In this document: positions 17,825 to 26,687 of the stretch, one piece after another
Numbering within the stretch: the first letter of the stretch is position 1
How the letters are laid out: each line of letters begins with the position of its first letter
Assembly (NCBI GenBank): GCA_003164095.1
Contig: PLRX01000043.1
Coordinates: 47,618-111,617, forward strand
DNA: 64,000 nt
Reading direction: 5' to 3'
Source of the DNA: Acidimicrobiaceae bacterium
Lineage (GTDB): Bacteria > Actinomycetota > Acidimicrobiia > Acidimicrobiales > RAAP-2
Notes under the pieces: model-generated
The model's input: only the letters and a program-made list of their open reading frames with translations
The model's database searches: none
Told to the model about the DNA's origin: nothing
Program-made: the position numbers and the translations under genes

Positions 17825-19042
17825 TCAGCCAGGGCTCCCGGCACCGGCCGCACGCGGCTCCGGCAGCCCGGCGCGCTGGTCCCGCGCCGACCAGAACTGA
17901 CGTGCCCGGCGCGTGCGCCGGTCGGGCCCGTGAGCGGCCCGGACCGCGTCGAGCCAACGTGACGCAGCGGCGTCCCCCTCGACGACGGCCGCGGCCGGGT
18001 CGGGTCGTTCGGCGAGCCATCGGGCCTCGAGCGCGTCCCGCTCGTCGGCATAGACGGCGAGCAGCCGTTCCGGATCTGACAGGACGGCGCGGTGGAGCAG
18101 TTCGTGGCGCCACCAACGGGTGGCCGGATCGAACCGGTCGGTGGGCTCCGGCCCGAGGTCGAGGGGCTCGTCGACCCGGACCGGTAGGAAGAGGCTGGTG
18201 CACGGTGCCGCTGTGCCGGTGGCCCAATGCCGGTGGTCGCCGTCGGGCCGCAACTCGGCCACCCAGGACGCGGTGGTCTGCGACGTGGCCCGGACCCCGG
18301 TTCCGGCGTGCATGCACGGCGCAGCCTTCGCTCCCACCGGGGAGAACCGGGGGCTGGGGCCCCGGGGACCGTGGGTGCGGAGCACGGCCAGGAGGTCGCC
18401 GACCGAGTCCGCAGGGCACGCCTCGGTGATCGAGCGCCGTCTCCGGGCCTGGGCCACCCACGTGGGGAGGCGAGCTGCGTGGTCGGCGAAGCCGGGAATC
18501 GTCAGCCCGTTGCTGATCGAGCGGACCCCGGAGGTGACCCGTTCGACGGCCCACAGGGCCCCGGCCGTCTCGAGCACGTAGGCGACGGTCGCGTCGGCGA
18601 CCAGGAAGCTGTTGTGATAGGTGAATCCCGGGTCCTCGTGGCCGCATCCGCCACCCTGGCCGTACCGGTCGAGCAGGCCGATGATGACGTCGACCGCTCC
18701 TTGCGCGGTCTCGGAGCGCTCGAGGGCGAGCCGCACGAGGTCCATCCCGAGCAGCCCGGTCGGAGCGTACGGCTGGTCGGTGAACACGGCCTCGTTGCCG
18801 ATCACCACGCCGTGCTCGTTGGCGCCCATCTCGGCCCCCCAGATCCAGAAGGGCCGTGACAGGAGTACCGCATATGTCGTCTCCACCTGGTCGATGGTGA
18901 TCCACGTGCAGCGCAGCCGGGCCTGCGACGGGTGGTCCTGTCGCGGCTGCCAGTCGAGGAACTGGGCCTCGTTCGGGTTCCGGTCGCTGTTCTTGGCGAA
19001 GAGGACCCGCCCCGGCCGGACGGCGACGAGCGTGTCGCACAT
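17825..19042 (-). CDS. Ntn-hydrolase peptidase, C69/secernin-like
   Basis: Starts MC (Cys2 nucleophile). Motifs LFAKNSDRNPNE and GANEHGVVIGNEAV. Confidence 0.7.
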   Translation of the reverse strand: MCDTLVAVRPGRVLFAKNSDRNPNEAQFLDWQPRQDHPSQARLRCTWITIDQVETTYAVLLSRPFWIWGAEMGANEHGVVIGNEAVFTDQPYAPTGLLGMDLVRLALERSETAQGAVDVIIGLLDRYGQGGGCGHEDPGFTYHNSFLVADATVAYVLETAGALWAVERVTSGVRSISNGLTIPGFADHAARLPTWVAQARRRRSITEACPADSVGDLLAVLRTHGPRGPSPRFSPVGAKAAPCMHAGTGVRATSQTTASWVAELRPDGDHRHWATGTAAPCTSLFLPVRVDEPLDLGPEPTDRFDPATRWWRHELLHRAVLSDPERLLAVYADERDALEARWLAERPDPAAAVVEGDAAASRWLDAVRAAHGPDRRTRRARQFWSARDQRAGLPEPRAAGAGSPG

Positions 19043-19210
19043 GCGACGACCCTATCCAGCGCGGCGGTCGACCGGTTGTCCGGCAGACGGATCCCCCGGG
19101 GGCCGGGGGAAGAACCCCGGCGGAACAGTGGCACCGCAGTAGCGTCGGGTCGGCCGGTCGACGTTCCGCCGATGAGCGGCGGACCCGGCATGACTCCGAG
19201 GAGAGATGCC

Positions 19211-19987
19211 ATGGGTGGCGGTCACGGTCGTACAGGTAGCTGGAGGCGGATGGCGACCGCCGGCGCGGTGGTCCTCGCGGGTGCGGCACTGCTCGCCGGT
19301 TGCGGGGGCTCGTCGTCCTCCTCGCCGACCACCAGCGATGGATCGGCCGGCACGACCACCGGTGGGAGCGACGCCTCGTCCAAGCTGGACACTCTGGCGG
19401 GCTCCGTGGCATCCGCACAGAAGTCGACCTTCCAGGTCGTCTACACCTCGACCAGTGGCGGCAGCACGTCGACGATCACATTGGCCCAGTCGCCTCCCAG
19501 GCAGCTGTTCAGTACGACCGACTCCTCGGGCTCGACCACCTCGCTGGTCGACACCGGGACCGTTACCTACTCCTGTTCCGGTGGCGGCAGTTCGACCGTC
19601 ACCTGCACCTCCATCGGCGGCAAGTTGGCCGGGGCGGCGCTCTCCAGCCTGATCGACGTCTACAACGGCTCGGCCGCGTTGACGGTCTTCAACGGATGGC
19701 GCTCGGCGATCGCTGCGCGGGTGGCGGGTGTCTCGCTCACCTTCACGGACGAGACGATCGGCGGACAGCCGTCCACCTGCGCCAACTGGAACCGGAGTGG
19801 CGACACCGCCACCTACTGCGTGACATCGACCGGGGTGCTCGCCAAGGTCGAGACCTCGGGGGGCTCGTCGGGCTCCGGCACCAGGTTCGAGCTCACGAGC
19901 TACTCCGACTCGCCGCCGGCCTCGGCCTTCGTCGTGCCCCAGGGCGCAACCGTGGTGACCCTGCCGGCCGGCGCGTCGACCCCCTGA
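19211..19987 (+). CDS. lipoprotein, unknown function
   Basis: ATG 19211 follows GGAGAG. Lipobox LLAGC with a Ser/Thr/Gly-rich mature part. Confidence 0.65.
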   Translation: MGGGHGRTGSWRRMATAGAVVLAGAALLAGCGGSSSSSPTTSDGSAGTTTGGSDASSKLDTLAGSVASAQKSTFQVVYTSTSGGSTSTITLAQSPPRQLFSTTDSSGSTTSLVDTGTVTYSCSGGGSSTVTCTSIGGKLAGAALSSLIDVYNGSAALTVFNGWRSAIAARVAGVSLTFTDETIGGQPSTCANWNRSGDTATYCVTSTGVLAKVETSGGSSGSGTRFELTSYSDSPPASAFVVPQGATVVTLPAGASTP

Positions 19988-20072
19988 CGGTGTTCGACCG
20001 TCGCCCTCCCGACGCTGCTGAACGGGCATCGCACGGCGACCGATCTCCCGGGCCCATGGGCCGGCGGCGTGC

Positions 20073-20798
20073 TCAGATCAGCGGCGCGGCCTGCACCGTC
20101 AGGCGGTCGTCGAGATGGGTGGTGTCGTTGAAGCGGCGGACCACCCACCGCCGCCCGGTCACCACGACCTGGGAGATCGATGCGTTGTCGGCCCCGATGA
20201 AGGCCCAGGGCCGCGATCCCGACGCCTGGGCCAGGACGTCGCCGATCACGCCCCCATGGACCACGACCATCACGCGCTGGTCGGGGTGGGCGGTTGCGAT
20301 CCGCTCGATACCGGCCCGGACCCGGGCTGCGAATCCGTCGATCGGCTCGCACCCCGGGATGAGGTCCCACCGCTGCTCCTCGACCAGTCGGAGGGCCAGC
20401 GGGTCGCGGTCCACGAACTTCTGCTCGAAGACCCAGCCCTCCCACTCGCCCAGGTAGATCTCCCGCAGGTCGTGCTCGACCCCGGGTACGAGACCCGTGG
20501 CCGCCGCCACTGGCGCCGCCGTCTCGGCGGTGCGTCGCAGTGACGTGACGTAGATGGCATCGATGTGGCCGGTCACCAACCGGTCGGCCAGCCGCTCGGC
20601 CTGCTGACGGCCGAGCGGCGAGAGCGGTGGGTCGGCATGGCCCTCGAAGCGGTCGAACTCCTGGCCCTCCACGGCGTCAGCCGATTGTCCGTGGCGCACG
20701 AGCAGCAGGTCGCACGCTCCGTCGGGCGCCCGGAAGCGCCCTTGTGGGAAGCGGCGAGGACCTCCGTCCTCTGGTGGCACGTCGGACACGATCGTCAC
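20073..20798 (-). CDS. histidine phosphatase (phosphoglycerate mutase) family protein
   Basis: LLLVRHGQS catalytic motif and VVVHGGVIG. Confidence 0.85.
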   Translation of the reverse strand: MTIVSDVPPEDGGPRRFPQGRFRAPDGACDLLLVRHGQSADAVEGQEFDRFEGHADPPLSPLGRQQAERLADRLVTGHIDAIYVTSLRRTAETAAPVAAATGLVPGVEHDLREIYLGEWEGWVFEQKFVDRDPLALRLVEEQRWDLIPGCEPIDGFAARVRAGIERIATAHPDQRVMVVVHGGVIGDVLAQASGSRPWAFIGADNASISQVVVTGRRWVVRRFNDTTHLDDRLTVQAAPLI

Positions 20799-20806
20799 TG
20801 CGGTGC

Positions 20807-21604
20807 TCAGACGCCGAGGCTCGAGGCGGAGGCGGCCTCGAACAGCCGATTGGGGAGGAGACGCTTGGCGATGACCCCGACCCGCTCGCCGGCCGGGCCC
20901 ACCGACAGGCGCCGCGGCGGACGGGAGGCCGTCAGTACCTTGGCGACCACTGCGGCGACGCCGGCCGGCTCCGCGCCGGCGGCCTCGTCGCGTTCCATGG
21001 TGGCGATCGCCTTCGCCGCGGCCGTTGCGTACGGGTCGTCAGCGTCCGCGGGGACCGTCCTCCGGGCACCGGTGAACCCCGTGTGGAAGTTGCCCGGCTC
21101 GACCAGGGTGACGTGCACGCCGTGGGGCTTGAGCTCCCAGGCCAGCGCCTCGGCCCACCCCTCGAGGGCGAACTTGCTGGCCGAGTAGTAGGCCTGGAAG
21201 GGCAGGCCGATGACTCCACCGATCGAGCTCATGAGGACGATGCGGCCCTTCCGCTCGCGAAGGCTCGGGAGGGCCGACGTCACCACCCGCACCGTGCCGA
21301 AGAAGTTGGTGTCGAGTTGGGCCCGTGCCTCGGCGAGGGGTGTGGTCTCCACCGGTCCGGCCAGACCCCAGCCAGCGCACGTCACCACGGCGTCGATGCC
21401 GCCATGGTCCCGGACGACCTGCCCGACGGCCTCGGCCACTGAAGCGTCGTCGTCGACGTCCATCACGACCGACGTCCACGCCTCGTCCGGGGTGGTCCGG
21501 CGACTGGCACCGACCACCTCGTAGTCCTGTGCTGCCAAGTGCACGGCGCAGGCCAGGCCGATACCCGACGACGCCCCCGTGATGAGAACGACCTTCTTGT
21601 CCAT
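20807..21604 (-). CDS. SDR family oxidoreductase
   Basis: Motifs VVLITGASSGIGLA and YSASKFALEG. Confidence 0.88.
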   Translation of the reverse strand: MDKKVVLITGASSGIGLACAVHLAAQDYEVVGASRRTTPDEAWTSVVMDVDDDASVAEAVGQVVRDHGGIDAVVTCAGWGLAGPVETTPLAEARAQLDTNFFGTVRVVTSALPSLRERKGRIVLMSSIGGVIGLPFQAYYSASKFALEGWAEALAWELKPHGVHVTLVEPGNFHTGFTGARRTVPADADDPYATAAAKAIATMERDEAAGAEPAGVAAVVAKVLTASRPPRRLSVGPAGERVGVIAKRLLPNRLFEAASASSLGV

Positions 21605-21666
21605 CTTCGAGAACCTCGACTTCGTCGTGGGGGCGGGTTCGCCCCCGGGGGTGCCGACCCTGGTGC

Positions 21667-21771
21667 TCAGGCCCTGTCGGCCGTCGTCGCGTCAGCCTCG
21701 ATGGCCGTCTGGTCGGCCGTGAGTTGCTTGGCCTCGACGCCGGAGAACGCGAAGAAGGTGTCAAGGGCCAT
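21667..21771 (-). CDS. candidate 34-aa small ORF (MALDTFFAFSGVEAKQLTADQTAIEADATTADRA)
   Basis: ATG with GGAG 7 nt upstream. 30 of 33 sense codons end in G/C. It lies 62 nt upstream of the SDR gene. Confidence 0.35.
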   Translation of the reverse strand: MALDTFFAFSGVEAKQLTADQTAIEADATTADRA

Positions 21772-22288
21772 GGTGGCTCCAGTTGGCGGGGCCGACGGCA
21801 GCTCCGCCGGTGCGGGTGGCCCAGGCTACCGATGCGCCGCGGTGATCACCATCGGCGGCCCGATCCCATGCGGGCCGCGGCGTCCGGGCCAGGCGCCGGT
21901 CGGGGATGAACCAGAGGACGGCCACCGCGGCGTAGACGGCATAGGACAACCAGGAGGAGACGAAGGCCAGGCCCATGCCCGCCCCCAGGCCGACGAGACC
22001 GTAGCTCGCCGCTGGCAGGGCATGGCGGGGGAAGCGGCCGACCCACGCCGTCACGATGGGGAACAGGGACAGCCAGAACAGCAGGAACAGGTTCGACCAC
22101 ATGACGGAGCCGCTGATCCGCTCGGCCGATCGGAGCAGATGGTGGTGGTTGACCCAGTAGATCCCCACCATCACGAAGCTGAGGACGTAGACCAGCAGAT
22201 GGGGAGCCAGGCCGCGTAGCGCGCCCGGAGTCGACCCGTCCGGCGTGGGGATCGAGAACGCCATGATCGTGATGATCACGGCCATCAC
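21761..22288 (-). CDS. TMEM175/DUF1211-family K+ channel-like membrane protein (N-terminus apparently frame-shifted)
   Basis: FSDGVMAVIITIMAF and YWVNHHHLL. The conserved R-x-x-AFSDG lies upstream of the first usable start. A GTG at 22332 opens VRLNETDRLE in another frame. Confidence 0.65.
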   Translation of the reverse strand: MMAVIITIMAFSIPTPDGSTPGALRGLAPHLLVYVLSFVMVGIYWVNHHHLLRSAERISGSVMWSNLFLLFWLSLFPIVTAWVGRFPRHALPAASYGLVGLGAGMGLAFVSSWLSYAVYAAVAVLWFIPDRRLARTPRPAWDRAADGDHRGASVAWATRTGGAAVGPANWSHHGP

Positions 22289-22491
22289 GCCGTCGCTGAA
22301 CGCTCGAGGCGGTCGGTCTCGTTCAACCGCACCTGAGGGAGCGCTCCGGGGTCGTCACGGCATCAGCATCGCGCCACCATCGGGCGGCCGGCGGGACCAC
22401 ACCCGGGTCCCGGCAGGCCGTGGGTCGGGCCGCTTCTGCACCCCACGGCATGGGCGGTGCGCAGTGGAAGCGCCGGTCGTACGCTCTCGAC

Positions 22492-23760
22492 ATGCCCCAG
22501 CGTCCCAGGTCCCGGACCTCCGTTCCGCCCCCTGCCCGCCCCCTGGTGGTGGCGGCGGCGGCCCTCTGCCTGGTGGTCCTCATTGCGGCCGCCTGCGGCT
22601 CCTCGTCCGCCTCGACGACCACCTCCATGACGGCCGCCCCGGACGCCGCTGTCCGGGCGGCCGTGGCGGAAGGTGCCGCAGCGGCCCGGACCGATGCCGC
22701 CGGGGTCGAGTGGCTGTGCCGGCCCGGTCACCTGCCTGACCCGTGTGTCACCGACCTGACCGCCACGGTCCTGCCCGTCTCTGGCCCGACGACACAGCAG
22801 CACGCCTCGATCGCCACCGATCCGCCCATCGACTGCTTCTACGTCTACCCGACGGTCAGCATGCAGGCGGGTGTCATCGCCGACCTCCACGTGGACCCGG
22901 CCGAGACCTCGGTGGCCAGGAGCCAGGCGTCCCGCTTCTCGCAGACCTGCCGGGTGTGGGCGCCGATGTACCGGCAGATCACGGTGAAGGGCCTGACCGC
23001 CGGCGCCCGCGCGTTGGCGGCCGAGGTCACCGCCTACGCCGGCGTGCAGGCGGCCTGGCAGGACTACCTGGCCCATGACAACGACGGGCGCGGCGTGATC
23101 CTGATCGGGCACTCGCAGGGAGCCGGCATGCTGATCGGGCTGATCAGGCGCCAGATCGACGACGTCCCGGCGGAGCGGAAGCTGCTCGTGTCGGCCATGA
23201 TCCTCGGCGGGAACGTCACCGTCCTGGTCGGTCGGACAGTGGGTGGCAGCTTCCAGCACGTGCCGGCGTGCACCTCGGATACCCAGACGGACTGTGTCGT
23301 CGCCTACTCGAGCTTCGACCAGCCGCCGCCGGCCGACTCGTTGTTCGGACGGCCCGGCCAGGGCGTCAGCAACCTGTCGGACGGGACGGCCACCGCCGGG
23401 CTCCAGGTGCTGTGCACGAACCCGGCCGACCTGTCGGGCAACGCGGCCACGCCGCTCACTCCGTACTTCCCCTCCAAGGCATTGTTGAGCGGCCTGGGTG
23501 GCCTCGGCGGACTGACGCCGCCTGCCGTCGGGACCCCGTGGGTGACCGAGCCGCAGCTCTACTCGGGGCAGTGCCTGTCGCAGGGAGGCGCCACCTGGCT
23601 CCAGGTCAGTGCGCCGATCACGCCGGGCGACACCCGGCAGGTCGTCGGCCAGACACTGGGGCCGACCTGGGGACTCCATCTGGTGGACGTCAACATCGCG
23701 CTCGGCAACCTGGTCGACCTGGCACGGTCGGAGTCCGCGGCCTACGCCGCCCAGACGTGA
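22492..23760 (+). CDS. secreted alpha/beta-hydrolase-like lipoprotein (DUF3089-like)
   Basis: Lipobox IAAACG and GHSQG nucleophile elbow. ATG 22492. Confidence 0.7.
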   Translation: MPQRPRSRTSVPPPARPLVVAAAALCLVVLIAAACGSSSASTTTSMTAAPDAAVRAAVAEGAAAARTDAAGVEWLCRPGHLPDPCVTDLTATVLPVSGPTTQQHASIATDPPIDCFYVYPTVSMQAGVIADLHVDPAETSVARSQASRFSQTCRVWAPMYRQITVKGLTAGARALAAEVTAYAGVQAAWQDYLAHDNDGRGVILIGHSQGAGMLIGLIRRQIDDVPAERKLLVSAMILGGNVTVLVGRTVGGSFQHVPACTSDTQTDCVVAYSSFDQPPPADSLFGRPGQGVSNLSDGTATAGLQVLCTNPADLSGNAATPLTPYFPSKALLSGLGGLGGLTPPAVGTPWVTEPQLYSGQCLSQGGATWLQVSAPITPGDTRQVVGQTLGPTWGLHLVDVNIALGNLVDLARSESAAYAAQT

Positions 23761-24160
23761 GCCGTGCTCAGCCGCTGAAGCTGGGCAGGCCCGGTACCGG
23801 TTGGTACGGGAAGGTCGGCAGCATGGGGGCCGCCCGCTCGTCGATGGCCGGGAAGTCGAGGTCCTCGACGAGCGGGCGGTGAACATGCGGTCGATCTTCA
23901 GTTCGCCCACGGCCAGGTCGCTCGAGGCGGCCTACCTCGACGACGCAGCCACCCACGGGGTCGACGCGTCGACGACGCCGGCCAAGCTCCAGCAGACAGT
24001 CACGGTGCCCCCGGGGACCTTCGACGGGTCGATCGACCTGACGACCGGTGGACTCGAGGGACACCTCACGCTGCCGCCTGCGACGACGACCGTGCGCCTG
24101 GCGGGGATCGGGCTGGCGACCGTACCCGCCTGCGGACCGGGTGCGCCCGCCCCGTTCCAG

Positions 24161-24185
24161 GGTTGGACGACTGACGCCGGGGTAG
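24161..24185 (+). promoter_or_regulatory. weak SigB/F-like promoter motif GGTTG-N14-GGGTAG
   Basis: Lies 75 nt upstream of the PfpI-like GTG. Confidence 0.3.
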
Positions 24186-24260
24186 GGAAGTGCGCTACGG
24201 CTACCTGGTCGACTTCCTCGCGCCGCGGCGCGAGGGCACGCGACGGAAGCGGAGTGCAGA

Positions 24261-24923
24261 GTGTCACAGGGACCGAAGCGGGAGCAGGGGTGGGAAGGGC
24301 GGCGCGGTGCCCTCGACGGGGCGCGAGTGGCGTTCGTCGTGGCCAATGGAGGTGCCGAGCGCCGCGAGCTGGTGGAGCCCTGGCGTGCGGTGGTCGCCGC
24401 AGCCGGCATCCCACTGCTCGTGGCACCGGAGGCAGACGACGTGCTCCTGCTGGACCACCTCGACTCCCGCACGTGTTGGAAGGCTGATCTCACCACGGAC
24501 GAGCTCCAGGTCGAGGACATCGATGCCCTGGTGCTCTGCGGTGGGCTTGCCGGCGCGGACCGGTTGCGGGCCGATGGTCCGGCGGTCGAGCTCCTGCGGG
24601 ACGCCTTCGACGGTGGTCGGCCAGTGGCTGCCATGAGCGATGCCCCATGGGCGTTGGTCGAGGCGGACGTGCTCGAAGACCGGACACTGACGTCGTCGGC
24701 GAGCCTGCGCACGGAACTCGAGAACGCAGGGGCCGAGTGGGCCGACGAGCCGGTGCACGCCTGTAGACACGGACCGAACACGTTGGTCACCAGCCGGGGG
24801 CAAGATGACCTCGAGGCGTTCTGTGACGCATTCGTCCGGGTGGTGTCCGCAGCCCAGCGACAGGAGGGTCTCCGACCCGGAGGAGGAGTCCGTGTCCGAG
24901 CCGATCCCGGAGGCAGACAGTGA
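24261..24923 (+). CDS. DJ-1/PfpI-family protein with non-canonical active site; true 3' end probably 24984 after a frame shift
   Basis: Collinear with PfpI, but AAICHGP is replaced by AAMSDAP. After about 24870 the high-GC3 frame switches to one encoding an acidic tail that ends at TGA 24982-24984. Confidence 0.7.
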   Translation: MSQGPKREQGWEGRRGALDGARVAFVVANGGAERRELVEPWRAVVAAAGIPLLVAPEADDVLLLDHLDSRTCWKADLTTDELQVEDIDALVLCGGLAGADRLRADGPAVELLRDAFDGGRPVAAMSDAPWALVEADVLEDRTLTSSASLRTELENAGAEWADEPVHACRHGPNTLVTSRGQDDLEAFCDAFVRVVSAAQRQEGLRPGGGVRVRADPGGRQ

Positions 24924-25012
24924 CGCGACCTCGGAGGCCTGGGAGACGACGGAGCCGATGGACGGCGAGGCCCCGACGGGCTGACTCGGGAGGCCGACGC
25001 AGCGGCTCCTGA

Positions 25013-25591
25013 TCAGACGCTCACCAGTCCGTCCTCGGCTCCCAGCTTGATCAGACACCACACCTGCTTGCCGCCCGGCAGGAAGTCGACGCCCCAGCGG
25101 TCGGCCAAGCGGTCGATGATGAGGGTGCCGCGACCCGTCGGGTCGTCCGCATCGGCGGTTCGTGGTCGGGGTGGCTCCCTGCTGCCGTCCGCCACTGCGA
25201 TCACGACGTCCTCGGACCCTCGCACCACGGAGAGTACGATCGGTGGCATGCCGTGGCGAACGGCGTTGGCCATCAGTTCGGATCCGCACACGGCGGCCCG
25301 TTCGGCCCGCTCATGGCTGACGGATCCCAGGGTCTGACGGATCATGACCCTGGCGTCACGGACCGACGTCGGCAGGGACGCCATCCACACGTCCTCCCGG
25401 TACAGCGGCTCGACGTGTGCGGGAGTCACCGACTCACCGTCCGAGCGGCGCACGGTGAGTCGCACGAGCGGTTCGTCCTCGGGTGCCTCCACTGTCGGTA
25501 CATTCGGCTCCATCCTCGTCGTTGCGCCCCTACCCGTCGGCATCTCGGTGAAACCTTGTGACGGTTCCGGCCGGACCGGATCGGCGGACAC
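25013..25591 (-). CDS. RsbW/SpoIIAB-type anti-sigma factor serine kinase (HATPase_c_2), orphan copy
   Basis: N-box SELMANAVRHG, G1-like VADGS and G2 GRGTLIIDRLADRWG. The start is uncertain (25591, 25543 or 25513). Confidence 0.75.
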   Translation of the reverse strand: MSADPVRPEPSQGFTEMPTGRGATTRMEPNVPTVEAPEDEPLVRLTVRRSDGESVTPAHVEPLYREDVWMASLPTSVRDARVMIRQTLGSVSHERAERAAVCGSELMANAVRHGMPPIVLSVVRGSEDVVIAVADGSREPPRPRTADADDPTGRGTLIIDRLADRWGVDFLPGGKQVWCLIKLGAEDGLVSV

Positions 25592-25868
25592 CGTCGATCG
25601 CCATGGGCGGCTCGGGGACGGGGTCGGGCAGCGGGGACGGTCCGGGTGACGGCGGGACAGGTTCCGGGGGTACAGGCGCCGGCTCGGGGTCGACCGGCGG
25701 GATCACCGCGGTGAACGGGGTCTCTGCGGTCAGGACATGTGTCGGCCCCGTGGGCCGGAGCAGGTTCGCAAGAACGTCGTACACGTGTGGCTCCACCTCC
25801 GTCAGGCCCGGATCTCTGTCCGGGCCGTCGTTTCCTTCCTCCTTCGAGCACCCTGAAACCGGAGCCGT

Positions 25869-25895
25869 CGTTTCCCACGGCGCCCCGCCGGGTAG
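25869..25895 (+). promoter_or_regulatory. SigB/F-like promoter CGTTT-N16-GGGTAG; ATG 9 nt after the -10 (leaderless geometry)
   Basis: Read directly upstream of the hemerythrin ATG 25905. Confidence 0.5.
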
Positions 25896-25904
25896 TACCA
25901 CGGC

Positions 25905-26477
25905 ATGAGGAGATCGACTACCGCACCCAACCGTGCCCTGGACATCGTGGACCTGCTGACCGAGGAGCACGCCGCGCTGCGGACGTTGGCCGAGCCGGTG
26001 GGCGGGCGGGACGACGCCGACGGTTCGGCCTATCTCGCCTGGAGCGATCGGGTGGTCCGGCACGAGATCGCCGAAGAGCTGGTCGTCTATCCGGCCCTCC
26101 TGTCGTTCGACGGCGGGATGGCCGTCGCCGACTCGAGGCTCGAGGACCAGTCGGACATCGAGTGCCAGCTCGTCGCCCTCGGCCAGGAGGCCGCCGGGAC
26201 ACCCCGCTTCCGCGCGGGCACTGCGCGGCTCGTGCTCGGCCACCTCGCGCACCTCGAGCGTGAGGACTCGCAGGTGCTGCCGATCCTGGCCACCCGGGTG
26301 AGCCGTCGCCGCCGGCTGGATCTGGGACGCCGGTACCGGAAGGTCCAGCAGGTGGCCCCAATGCGCCAGTTGCCGGACGGGACCAGGGTCCCAGTCGGGC
26401 GGACAGTGGTGGACCGCACAGCGGCGCTGTCGGTGTGGATGCGGGACGTGGCAGCCGCCTCGGGACTTGCGGGCTGA
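25905..26477 (+). CDS. hemerythrin HHE cation-binding domain protein
   Basis: Motifs IVDLLTEEHAALR, HEIAEELVVYP and HLAHLERED. Confidence 0.8.
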   Translation: MRRSTTAPNRALDIVDLLTEEHAALRTLAEPVGGRDDADGSAYLAWSDRVVRHEIAEELVVYPALLSFDGGMAVADSRLEDQSDIECQLVALGQEAAGTPRFRAGTARLVLGHLAHLEREDSQVLPILATRVSRRRRLDLGRRYRKVQQVAPMRQLPDGTRVPVGRTVVDRTAALSVWMRDVAAASGLAG

Positions 26478-26524
26478 CCACACCGGGGCCGACTTCATGG
26501 CACCGGTCCGTGCTCCACACCTGA

Positions 26525-26567
26525 ACGACGCCGGCCCCGTCCTCGAGGGGAAGGGGGCCGGCGTCGT
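26525..26567. terminator. bidirectional hairpin (14-bp perfect stem ACGACGCCGGCCCC / GGGGCCGGCGTCGT, 15-nt loop)
   Basis: Lies between the convergent hemerythrin and STAS genes. There is no U-tract. Confidence 0.55.
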
Positions 26568-26687
26568 CTGTGTGAGGTGGAGAGCGTTGCTCGGCGAGGA
26601 TGCCCATGTCGAGGCTGCGCCAAACCTGACCCGGAGGGCAGGCCGCTCCCATGGGCGCCCAGGCGCCCCCTGGCCGACGCGACGGCG

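Noticed and set aside
16113-19418. Very long ORFs in the six-frame track. Examples are 16113-19418 minus (1101 aa), 36178-38586 minus (802 aa), 42629-44860 plus (743 aa), 48388-50439 minus (683 aa), 6035-8071 plus (678 aa) and 33441-35318 minus (625 aa).
   Set aside because: They are Arg/Pro/Gly-rich with no recognisable motifs. They run antisense to, or out of frame with, genes that have clear family signatures. Stop-poor alternative frames are expected at this GC content. Only the panD part of 36178-38586 is real.
23932-24426. Minus-strand ORF 23932-24426 (164 aa) as the occupant of the 23.8-24.3 kb gap.
   Set aside because: It shares third-codon positions with the more protein-like plus-strand frame, so its GC3 is a mirror effect. 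Its product is Arg/Pro/Ala low-complexity. It also overlaps the PfpI-like gene start.
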